This document shows positions 1 to 10,923 of a stretch of DNA of 64,000 nucleotides, piece after piece. The first letter of the stretch is position 1; every line of letters starts with the position of its first letter. The notes under the pieces are model-generated. The model was not told the DNA's origin. It did not search any database and saw only the letters and a list, made by a program, of their open reading frames with translations. The position numbers and the translations under genes were made by a program. Source of the stretch: Auanema rhodensis (taxonomy: Eukaryota > Animalia > Nematoda); NCBI GenBank assembly GCA_964057225.1, contig OZ059894.1:15872001-15936000 (forward strand), read 5' to 3'.

Positions 1-11
1 CAATTTTTTAG

Positions 12-1443
12 CAAAATTGGAACCACCAACCGTGGTATTGGACCAACTTACTCCTCTAAATGCTTCCGTAATGGAATCCGTGTTGCTGATTTGATGGGTG
101 ATTTCAAGGAGTTCAGCGAACGGTATTCTTTAAATAATAACTCCTCTTCTTTTTCTATTATATTCAAATTGATAAATTCGCGCGCAGCTGCCGTGTAGAT
201 CAATGTCGTTTTTAAAAGTGATCACGTGACTTAGATCATTTTCTTTTTGAACGGTGATCTATGTGGCTGTGCTCGGTGAGAGATGTAAGGGAATAATATT
301 AATGAGTTGAAAAAGTCTGTGGATGAAAGGCGGAAGTTAGTTCAAAAATCAAAAACATTACCAAAATTTCGACTATGAATTTTAAAATTGACTTTACAGT
401 TATCATGGCTTGGTTGCTCACTATAAAAAACAATTCCCCAGCATTGATATCGATACCGAAGCTGAACTTAAAAAGTTCGAAGCTCACAGAGACAAATTGG
501 CCGCTCTTAATTTAGTTGGGGACACTGTCGGATTTGTTCACTCTATGAGAAAGGCTGGAAAATCAATTCTTGTTGAAGGAGCCAACGGAGCTTTGTTAGA
601 TATTGATTTCGGTACATATATAAAACATAATAAAAATAAATGGCTCAATTTACAGGAACCTATCCTTTCGTCACTTCATCAAACGCAACGGTTGGAGGTG
701 CTTGTACTGGATTAGGAATCCCTCCTACCATCGTTTCTCAGGTTGATAATTCGTTCTTTTGTTTTTGATCTATTAATTTTTAATCATTGTTTAGGTTATT
801 GGGGTCGTCAAGGCCTATCAGACTCGTGTAGGAACCGGTCCATTCCCAACTGAACTTTTGAATGCTGATGGTAACCCTGACGAGAATGGAGAGCGTCTGC
901 AAACTATCGGTCAAGAAGTTGGAGTAACTACCGGACGTAAAAGAAGGTTTTCGAAATAATATTTTAACCAAAAACATCAATGAAATGTTGATAGATGTGG
1001 ATGGCTCGATCTTTTCCTTCTTCGTCGTTCTGCCCAAATTAATGGTTACACAGCCATTGCTTTAACTAAGTTGGATATCTTGGACTCTTTCGAAGAGTTG
1101 AAGATCGCAGTTGGCTACAAACTCGACGGAAAGGAATTGTCTGCTCCACCAGGTTTTTACTATATCGTAATAACAATAGCAATACTGGTCGTCTTCTAGC
1201 TCAAGCTGCTGCTTGGAACAGAATTGAAGTTGAGTACAAAGTGGTCAAAGGATGGAACAGTGTTACTTCCAAAATCCGAAAGTTTGAGGATCTTCCACAG
1301 CTCTGTCAAGAATATGTTCGATTCATTGAGGAGTTCATCGAGGTTTGGCGTTCCTGTTTTTCGATCTTAATCATTATTTTTAGGTTCCAATCAAATGGAT
1401 CGGAGTTGGAGCTGAACGTGAATCACTTATTGTTCGCAGTTAA
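12..1443 (+). CDS. adss-1: Adenylosuccinate synthetase, 3' part (5' end lies outside the window); exons ~12-122, 400-611, 657-741, 795-947, 995-1152, 1200-1342, 1384-1443
   Basis: Spliced translation gives the PurA motifs [69 protein letters not shown] and WIGVG. All introns are GT-AG. Stop TAA at 1441-1443. Confidence 0.95.
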
Positions 1444-1895
1444 ATTTGCAATATCGAAGCTTTTAATTTGTTATTTTTCATTACACAATTTTTGTTCTTT
1501 TCTATTTTTTCTTTTTCAAGTTTTGTCAACTATATGACAAAATGCATGGTTCATGAATTATGTGCTCTAGATCTTAATTTTTTTGGAGTATATTTGTTAC
1601 AACGAAAATTTAGCACATATTCTGAACCTCTCAAGTTTTATCATATAGTTACAAATTTTGCAAAACACTTGTGGCCTTTATGAAGTACTCTCAATCTAGC
1701 ATATCCATGTCAAAAAGTTTTAGCAGTTGACGAAAAGCATAATACCTTGAAGTTGTAGTTTCGTCATATAGAAATAAACATTTAGAGATACATGGAAACT
1801 GATTAATTTATTACTTTATATAAATACTTATTTTATAAGTTAGAACTCAACAAGAAAGACTGATAGGCAATTTGTCGCGTATTGATTTTTAGAAT

Positions 1896-3148
1896 TTACT
1901 TCTTTCCAGCGGTCAAGTAACATAAGTTTCCAGCTCCACAGGTGTATCCAGGTGAGCACTGTCCATTCATACATTGTCCTGAAGAAAATAATTATTTAAC
2001 ATGAGGTATTACTGTGACTTTATACCCATAACTCCACCAGATCCAAGAGGACAGCAGTAGTTGTTGGTGTTACAGAGGTATCCAGTTGGACATTGTTGGT
2101 TAACACATAGTCCTAAAATACGGAAATATTCAACGCCTTTCTGAAAAATCATACCGGTAGTGTTTCCGGATTGACATCTGCAGCAGTAGTTGTTGGATGA
2201 GCAGAAATATCCTTGACCACAAAGTCCTCCAAGACAGGCAGCTACAGCTGGTCCACCGGAACAAGCGGCTGAAATTTGAATTAAATAGCTTTCTCATATA
2301 TATTTCAATGAATCAGAAATTTCATTTCAAATAATGGTGATCCCTACTATATTTGACGTGTCTATATGTCCTTTAGGTCTATCTCTATGTGTGTGTGAGT
2401 TAGTGAGTGTGTATGTGTGTGTATGTGGCTGTTCCTTGTTCTTTCTTTCTTACACACTTCTGCGTGTCTGTGTGGTCTTCTTTATTGTTCGTGAGCGGCC
2501 ACTTAGCCAATTTCAAAGCGCAAATAGAAGCGCGAGCACCCGAGAGGTCGAACTTTGAGAAGATTGAGCTGATCGACCTTCTTTCTTTTCCCTCTCATTT
2601 TCTTTTGCAGTTCTTCATACCAACAAATATGAGCTCAGAAGGACAACCTGTTTAATTTAACTTGATTTTAATCTGTCCAAGCAAAAAAAAAGAAAAAAAT
2701 TCGAAATAGTGCGAACCCTCGAACATTTGTGCGCTACGCTTTTAAATTACAGTAAAAGGGCCGAAAGCCAGATATGAGTTGGGCTATCGTGCAAATTTTA
2801 ATGGAAGTTTTATCAAAATAAAGAACCAACTTACTTTCGAGTGAGTTTCCTGGGCAGCAGCATCCAGAAACACAGACAGCAGAAACGGAATACATTTGAC
2901 ATTGGCTATTGCTAGCACAGGATGAGTAGCAATTGGCAGGGCATCCATATTGGCGTTTAGCACGACTAACAGTTACATTAGCATCACGGAGTTCTGGTCC
3001 TGAAGAGTAGAAAAATGATTACCCGTACTTTGATGAATATGGTGAACAAACCTTCTGGACTATCGGGGCTATCTAAAGCATCAACATGCATTACCCAGAC
3101 AGCGGCGAGTGGAAGAAGAACAGCCAAAGAAAGGGCTAATCGTTTCAT
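1896..3148 (-). CDS. Secreted cysteine-rich protein with nematode CC-type repeats (5 exons)
   Basis: Signal peptide MKRLALSLAVLLPLAAVW, then SRAKRQ and Cys repeats (CSGGPAVAACLGGLCGQGYFCSSNNYCC, CVNQQCPTGYLCNTNNYCC, CMNGQCSPGYTCGAGNLCY). GT-AG introns keep the frame. Confidence 0.85.
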
Positions 3149-4239
3149 GATTAAGCTACTGCAAAAGTAATATTAACACTGAACTATTGGAAATGAATGA
3201 TGAACATAAAGGATAAAATAAAATAACACATGATAGATATGGAAATATATAATTAGAATGTTCACATGTGGCTAATAGCTTCAATAGAACTCAGATGATA
3301 GAGCGCTTAGGTCGGACAAAACTTAATGGTAAGCAGAGGAATGTTTTAAGCATTTATCGCACTAATAAACAGCGGAGGAAGCTTATCCTACGACTGTCTG
3401 CTGAGCCACCAGGGTCTCATTAGCGATGAGTAGCAGTGTCCCTCGTCGTGGGACTGTCCGAAATGGGCGGGGCTAGGAATGAAGCTGTTACGGAAGCGAA
3501 TAAGAAGACGAAGAAGTTGATGAAGAAGATTATGAACACAACGAGAATGGAGAAGCTGAGCAGACACGCGACGACCGCCCAACTCTCTGAACTGAACGGT
3601 CTATCTCACTGTGATGCTTCTTTGCCGCCTGGCAACATGACGACTTAATTTCGTCGCGCGTTCGTTAATACTGACGGCTAACTCCAAACATACTGTCTTA
3701 TATATCACAAATATGAAGATAAGAAAAAGAAGAAATAGTGCGAGAGAGCACGAGATGTAGGGTGTATGAGTAATACAGAACACTGTAGTAGAACTCAAGA
3801 AGGTAAAAGAAAAAGAGAGAACAAGCACAAGTATCGAAGGATAAGAAATAAGAAATTATAAGAAGATTGAGTCGTCGATGTCGTGTAAGCAGAAAGAGAG
3901 CAATCAACGAAACAAGATAACAGTACTTATGCTACGATGTTTTCCTTTTTCGAAATCTCCTTATGCTCACACTGACAAGTGGAATGTACAAAAGTTCTGA
4001 GGTTCATTTCGTATGAACTAAAGAGTTTTACTGTACGAGAAAGTCCGTGAAAGATCATTTGCACTTTTAGATCCTCTGTCGGCAACTTGTCGACATTCCT
4101 TTCTTTTTTTTGTCATAAAGGTTGTGAAATCAAGTTGCTTTAAGTATTCAAAAATTCTAAAACTCTAATTATCTACGGTATATAATAGTAAACGCAAAGA
4201 ATAGAAAAACAGTGAAAAATGAAAGAAAGCTAAACATAT

Positions 4240-4590
4240 ACGATTAAAGCTCAACTGTATAAATTGGAGCGTGCTCGCACTGAGCTTCTTGAGACTCTGA
4301 AGCTTGCGTCTACGGACTTTATATCGGACCAGGGGCCGGTCATCCGAAATAGTCTCCGGCTAACCGGTTTTCCGTCCGCCCTTCGTCCCCGGGACGTTGT
4401 TGCTTTGGAGTAGGTGGGATCAAGATCTTGCAGAAGAGGCGAGACGATAAAAAAGAGGTTCTGCTATTGAAATAGCACGGGAAATCTAAATAAACGTCTC
4501 TGCCGTCCATCGTATCATCCGGGAAAAGCATCACAACCTCCGCACAGTTCTTTGTCTTTTACCAAAAATTCACATGAGCTCAGTCCATTC
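4240..4590 (+). mobile_element. Probable decayed Tc1/mariner-like transposase fragment (HTH region)
   Basis: GC-rich island in AT-rich DNA. The + strand reads KLERARTELLETLKL...PSALRPRDVV and, after a frameshift, RWDQDLAEEARR*KRGSAIEIAREI*INVSAVHRIIREK, an HTH-like pattern with in-frame stops. Confidence 0.35.
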
Positions 4591-7500
4591 TAATTCCGAT
4601 AGCAGAGAAATGATAAACATTGTTGAGGAGACAGATACTTATCATCTTCAGGATATAAAAAAATCGTTTAGTTTTCCTTTCAGAAAAATGCAGACCTCGT
4701 ACAAATATGTTCTGCAACAAAGCATAATCTTCTTTATCAAGTTTCAAATACCTCTAAGGTATTTTAGCCTAATCATTTTATTTACTGAGAACGCCCAGAA
4801 TGACAGATGAAAACAATTCACTAATAAAATATAAATTACTTGTTGCATTCAATATGTTTTATAGCATTTTAATATAAAAATTAAAGCCTTAGAAGTAGAT
4901 AATTATTTTTCCGTTTCAATTCCTTTCGTTTATTTGTGTTTTGTATTCTATTTATCCCACTTTATTTGTCTTTATTTCTTTGTGTAATGAACTCTTGTAT
5001 TTTCTATGTAATATAATGAGATATTTAGCTTATTTATCATATTTCTTTTTTTCTGAATCCTCTTCACCCTGTGTTTCAAGAAACTACTGAATCGTGTTCT
5101 TGCGTCAGTTTAGTTTTTCCGATCTCCAAGTGCATTCTTTTCAGCGACTTCCAGACATACATCATGTAGCACAAACATAGGCTGAAGGTCATGTGCAACT
5201 TTCCGATATGCCAAACCAGACTTCTTCCTCTTCAAGGTGACCATTCAGTACATTATGTCCTAGAGCAAGAACGACCAAGCTGAAAGATACATAAAGATTG
5301 GGATTAGAAGAGAAGAAAACATATAAAGTGTCTGAGGCAGACATTGAGTTATGCTGGGCATTTTGAGAAGACAAATAGACTGAGGTCAAGAAAAAATCAT
5401 TTATTTGAAAAGATGAGTGAGGTTGAAAATGAAAGAGTGAAAGCAAAGTGCAGATTTGCATGTTGAGGTCATTGAATACACTTAGAACATGAAGAAGCAT
5501 TCAGATCGGAGTTGAAGCAGCTTAAGGAATATTTCACTGAAACATTTTCATATTGCCTATCGTTTATCACGAATTCATCTTGTCATATCAATTCTTAAAA
5601 TAATCTTTTTCTATATTTGATTTCGAAATGATTTGTGGAAAGAGAATACGAACTCAAGGGTTTCTCTGAGCTACTTTTAGCTTTTGTTACGAAGAAACTG
5701 AAGAGCTACAAGGTCAGATCAAACTTTCCGTTTTCCAAATTGAGCTAACAATCGAGTGAGTTTGTTTCCATAAATAGAATACGTTTGGCTACTTTCGTAA
5801 TCAGCTTCTTCTCGTTGTCCCCGTACCTCTGAAGAAGATTCTACGCGTTCATCTTCTCATGCGACATGGTTAGATTATCTCCGCAAACAGTAGAAACGAA
5901 CGAGACGAAAACGAGAGGAGCACCCACTGTCCACTATAGAAGACGAGCGCACTAGTATTCTCTCTTTTCATCATCTTTCTTTTCCATCTTCTTCATCTCC
6001 ATCATCATCATATCTTTCGTTTCAGTTGACTATAGTCAACTGACTATCTTAGGTCTCTCAGCTTATTCATCCTCTTATTCTGCCTCTTCATTATTATCTT
6101 CTCCCTCTTCTGTTTGCAGTTAACTTTAACTCCTGACATAACAGTAGCTTAGAGACTGACCGACCTGGTCAAAGAAAACATAGGTAGGTTGGTGAAGCAA
6201 AAGGGGGTACGTGGCTGAGGGAGGTAGATGGTTCAAACGATGTTAAAATTCCAAAAGCCAACAATTACACCTAAAACAGCCCAATATACAAAAATACTGT
6301 GCTGATGAACCGATTTCCAGTTTCTGTAAAACGGCCAGGCTCAGAATTAAATCACCAAGACAAATCATTAAAGAAAAATGAAGCGATCCACCTCCATCTC
6401 AAACAATTTGTTTGCTCAGACACAAATAAAAATTCTCCGGTTTTTAATTGAATGGAAATCATAACAATTCAATTCTATAGGAACCGTCCATTTGATACAT
6501 AAGGAAGCTCAATTATGTTTCCTTATGAACTAGCAAAAAAATTTTGCGAATCATAATATAGGCTATGATACTATAGTTTCCGAGCTATTTTCCACTATTG
6601 TGTCCGGAATATTGAAAATATCAAAAACCGGCTTAGTGTATTCCTGATTTTACTGTAGAATATTTGAAGTTGTTCACCACAGACTGGTCAAGGAACATAG
6701 AAATATCTTACGTGAACATTTTTTTCAATCGAATTTAGTAGAATCTTTATTTCTCATCAATCTATCTAGTTATAAATCTATTCAAGTGTCTTCTCTATAC
6801 TTATAGTGTCGAACATGTTTTTTTAAAAGAATTAACTTTAAACTTAACTGGATGGTTTTATTTTCTGTTTTCGTATACCTTAAGAAGTTTTTCAACGTAA
6901 TGTTTATCCGAAGTATTTAGAAAGATAGCTTCAGGTACATACACTGAAGTGGAACATTTGTGAAGCTTTGCACTATAGGAATGATTATACTTGACTTGAA
7001 TTTATAAATGGTTCTTCAAGACGCCTCAATTTTTGGAAATTTTATCAGAGAAACAAACTGTTGGGCTTACTATTTACTTTCTGACGAATCTGTTCTTGTC
7101 CATTCCGCTCTCGTTCATACATTCCTTCTCTTATAATTCCAATTCACAATGAGACATCAAGTTTTCCACTGATTACGTAATCAGCACACAACTTTGAGAA
7201 AAGAAATTCGCCAGAGATGGTATGAGGGCTGAGATCTTTTCGTGACGTCCACTCCTCATTTCGTCCACCTTCTTAACTTCCTGTATGACAACAGGTAAAC
7301 AGAGTGCTGCGGACGTTTTGTAGTTATTTGCTTTCTTTCCTCTAAACTAACTTTCTTTATTTCGTCTCTAACTTGCTCGCGCCGAGGACAGTTTACCCGA
7401 TTATGGAATTTTACCGCATCAGTGCGCAGAATAGTTCGAAGACTGAAAACAACATTTGATTGTTGATAATTAATTATTTTCTTTTTATTCAAAAGCACTC

Positions 7501-7612
7501 ATATTTTCGAGCTTTTCACCAATATCAGTATAATCAAGAGTAATCATCTAAAATAAGAATAATGCATTTGAGTATCAAGAATTTATTATGCAATTATTAA
7601 ATTAAGTAATTA

Positions 7613-8401
7613 TTAGAGTTTGAATGAGATTTTGTTGCTTTTCAATACTTTTCCTAAATCTGAATCTTGATCAGCAGTAATGAGAGGGAATAATGGCTTT
7701 TGAGTTGGAGCAAAGAGTTGATCATCATTCTCTTTAAAACCGAAAATTTCGTCAACTACAGCTGGTAACTCTGTTGGAATTAAGTCAATGCCTATGAGTA
7801 ATATATTAAAAACTGATATACTAATGAAAATCTCTTACTCTTAACATCTAAATTGTCACGTCTGGCTGGTCCAGCCTTTGATGCTTCAGTGGTTGGAACA
7901 GCATCTTGAAGTGATCTGGCCATTTGCAAGGTAGCGATCATGTCTTCACGAGAAGGCCCCAATAGTCTTAAAAGACGACCTGAAATAGAAAGTAAAAAAA
8001 AACTCTTACGAGAAGAAGACTTACGAAGAGGGTTGGATCCAACCATTTTGTTAACTGGTGTATTCAGAAGTCCGAGAGCAGCGTTAACAAGCTCAGCTGG
8101 ATCTGGAGTTTCAGTTTCTTCCGAGGTTTCAGTCGCTGTGGAATTATTAGAATTGGCAAGAGCAATGGTAGTGGCAGAAGTGATTGGCTCATCTGCGTCT
8201 ACTTCTTCAGAGGATAAATCAACAACAAAGGATTCAGATCCACGGAAAGCTGCAAGAAAATACTCAGAAAACATAAAACTACTGTAAGATTACCTGGTGA
8301 ACACTGAATGGCAATACATCCAAAAGCTATTAAAACAAATGAAACTCTAAATAACAGAGATTTTTGATATCCGCTACATATTAAGCCTACCGGAAAACCA
8401 T
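7613..8401 (-). CDS. Hypothetical secreted protein, acidic Ser/Thr-rich (5 exons)
   Basis: ATG at 8401. Splicing gives MVFRVSFVLIAFGCIAIQCSPAFRGSESF..., an acidic S/T-rich middle and ...KSNKISFKL* with short GT-AG introns. No family recognised. Confidence 0.7.
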
Positions 8402-8727
8402 GTTGAACAACAAGAAGATTCAATATCTAAAGACTGTTGGAAGGGTAGTGTCCCAAAATCCTGACCTAATTTAGGCTGCGAGGAATGTAATCTGAAGAAA
8501 ATGATACGCCAACCCCCCGTTCTCCATGTGGCGCTTGATACTTTCCCTTTTCGATTTTAATGAACCCTTAAATCTTTAGACAAATTGAAAATATTTTACT
8601 TTATACCAACTTCAAATTTTATTCAAGAACATATATTCATACTAATATTTACAATAAAAAATAAATAAATACTAAGCTACATGGGGGTATAGACAACATA
8701 CTCGAATATGAATTTCATATTAAAAGT

Positions 8728-9225
8728 TTACTTTGCTCTATTTGCTGCTGCAACAGTAAGTCCATTAAATCCAACGTTGCTTGGATTCAGATCATAATAT
8801 TCGATAATTACCTTAAATGACTACTGAAATGATTGATAACAACGAAATCAAAACCTTATCTTTAGGAAGGTTCAAGCTCTGAACACACAAGTCTGTTACC
8901 ATTTGGGTTGTTTGTTCGTTTTGTTCAGGAGATAACGAGCCAATAGATCGAATCTGAAAGAAAAAATTAAAATGTTCGATAATTCCAAAACATACAGCTA
9001 TGAGTACAGCAGGATCCTTGGTACCACCATGAATTAAACGAGCATCCGCATTAACTTCAACAAGAATTCTGCCACTATAAATCATATAAAATGTTTTATT
9101 GAATAGAACTTGTAAAAGTACATTGGTTTAGTCAAAGCTTTAGCTAAAACCTCAGTAAGTTGTATTTCAAAACTTTCGCGAATCAATGAAGATGCAATAT
9201 TTGTTGCAACTCTTACCATTGGCAT
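8728..9225 (-). CDS. mif-2: Macrophage migration inhibitory factor homologue, MIF-2 type (4 exons)
   Basis: MPMVRVATN... with the catalytic Pro after Met, then [26 protein letters not shown] and [10 protein letters not shown], matching the nematode MIF-2 pattern. Confidence 0.9.
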
Positions 9226-9771
9226 ATTGAAACTAAAAGATAATGATTAACTAAATGTTTATAATAAAAGTAAGCAGAATAGAAATAAGATAAAAGTTCG
9301 CCTTGTACAAGTAAAATAGTTACCAAAACAAGTTCTACATAGTCGGAAGAAATTCCATAAAAAGCTATTTTCAGTTTTGGTAAATGCAATTCCACGTTAC
9401 AATACTAAAGGGAAACTTCTGGTGTAACGGGATTCTTCGAAATTCGCGTGATACGATCGAACGGAAATTTATGTCTTGCCACAGCGACAACACGAACATC
9501 TCTCATGATTCGCATATCAATAAATGATCGAATACTATGCACAATAATCAACTTGATTTTAGAAATATATCTACTTTGATGTCATGTACTTCAGAAATTC
9601 CAAAAGGTAAATAACCTTGTACAAGCTGTATAAGATGCTAAATAAACGTTGTTTGGAATAAGTTATGTTCATTACAGAGTTCAACAACATAAACAAAAAC
9701 CGTGAGGCTGAAGATCATTTAACCACAAACTAGAATGTGGGATAAAACAAAGCGATAACATGTAATGGTAC

Positions 9772-10307
9772 TTATTCGGCAGAAGCGAGAGGATTTTTAA
9801 GAACGAGAATCACAGAGTCACCACGGAGGAACATCTTTGAGATAAATCTATCTTTAGCAACAGCCTTAGCCTAATATAGAATAAATAATAAAACTATTAT
9901 CGAATTCAACAGTACCTTCTTCTTTCCCTTTCCAGTCTTTGGAGCTTCAGTCCACATTTCTTTTACATTTTCCAAAACCATGTTGCAATGCCTAGAAAAT
10001 TGAAAATCAAAACATTAACAAATTAAGAAAACTAACCTATCGAAAGCCTTAACTCTTCCTAAAAGTTTCTTGTTGTTTCTGCAATTAATAAGAACCTGAA
10101 AAGGCACTAACAATTAAAAAAAATAAAATGCAAATAACCTGAGCGTTGTTCTTAACAGAGTTAGTGAGAATTGAAAGTGGTCCAACATTAAACTCTTCCT
10201 GCTCCTTAGCGGCGAGTTCCTCTTGACTCATCTCAGATCTGGGCTTAACAGTACTAAAAACAACTCGTAAAATAAATAATTTGAATCAAATCAACTTACG
10301 AAGCCAT
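9772..10307 (-). CDS. snr-4: Small nuclear ribonucleoprotein Sm D2 (5 exons)
   Basis: [86 protein letters not shown]. Confidence 0.97.
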
Positions 10308-10693
10308 GCCTTAATACCGTTGTTGGTTAAGTCTCTAAATTACAAAATAAATAAAACTAAAAGAAGAGAAAGTATTTGAGAAAAATATAAATGAGTCAAA
10401 CGCCATATATAGCATAATGCATAATATAAAGCTAGAAAATGAATATGAAAAAGAACAAACTGGACAAAAAATTCTAAAATTCATAACTGTTTTTTTTTTT
10501 AAATTTGAATTAAAAAATATATAAATAAAATAAATTATTTTGTAAAATGATATTATAAGCTAAAATAATTTTTTCGAAATTATGGCAACGCGGTCTGCTG
10601 GCTTCGCGGCGAGACTAATTTTCTTGTAACTACTCCACCCATATATTATACGCTGCATATACTATATGGGTCAAAAATGGCCGCGCAGACGTT

Positions 10694-10834
10694 AGCTTTG
10701 CGCAGTGGCGATAACGTGATCAATGAGGCTTTGCCGAGATGCGTTTATTGCTGGTTGAAAACTTTTCCCAATTACCCGCGATACCCCCTGAAACACGGGT
10801 GGTATACGCAATTTTTGAAAGTCCCACAGGGACA
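10694..10834 (+). ncRNA. U4: U4 spliceosomal snRNA
   Basis: Starts AGCTTTGCGCAGTGGC (U6-pairing 5' end), has the AATGAGG..CCGAG k-turn stem, TTGCTGGTTGAAAACTTTTCCCAAT, Sm site AATTTTTG and 3' hairpin GTCCC-ACA-GGGAC. Confidence 0.95.
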
Positions 10835-10923
10835 AAAAGAGGTTTAGTGCAGGGTGGATCATTTGAAATATAGTATCGACGATACAGTAAGCCACAGCTA
10901 AGGACAATATAAACAATGTTTTT

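Noticed and set aside
3405-3475. Hammerhead ribozyme (GATGAG...GAAA)
   Set aside because: The core lacks CUGAUGA and there is no stem I.
4334-4400. HDV-like ribozyme (GGCCGGT...ACCGGTT)
   Set aside because: No GG for P1.1 after P1 and no convincing P2 or J4/2.
4261-4590. RNase P, MRP, SRP or telomerase RNA
   Set aside because: No proper CR-I/CR-V P4 pairing, no SRP helix-8 motif and no TTAGGC template.
5140-5520. RTE-type retroelement remnant (LSYAGH-like motif)
   Set aside because: Only one short motif amid stops; too weak to call without a search.
7940-8287. 115-aa plus-strand ORF
   Set aside because: Antisense shadow of the spliced minus-strand gene 7613-8401.
10692-10916. 74-aa minus-strand ORF
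   Set aside because: Antisense to the U4 snRNA gene.
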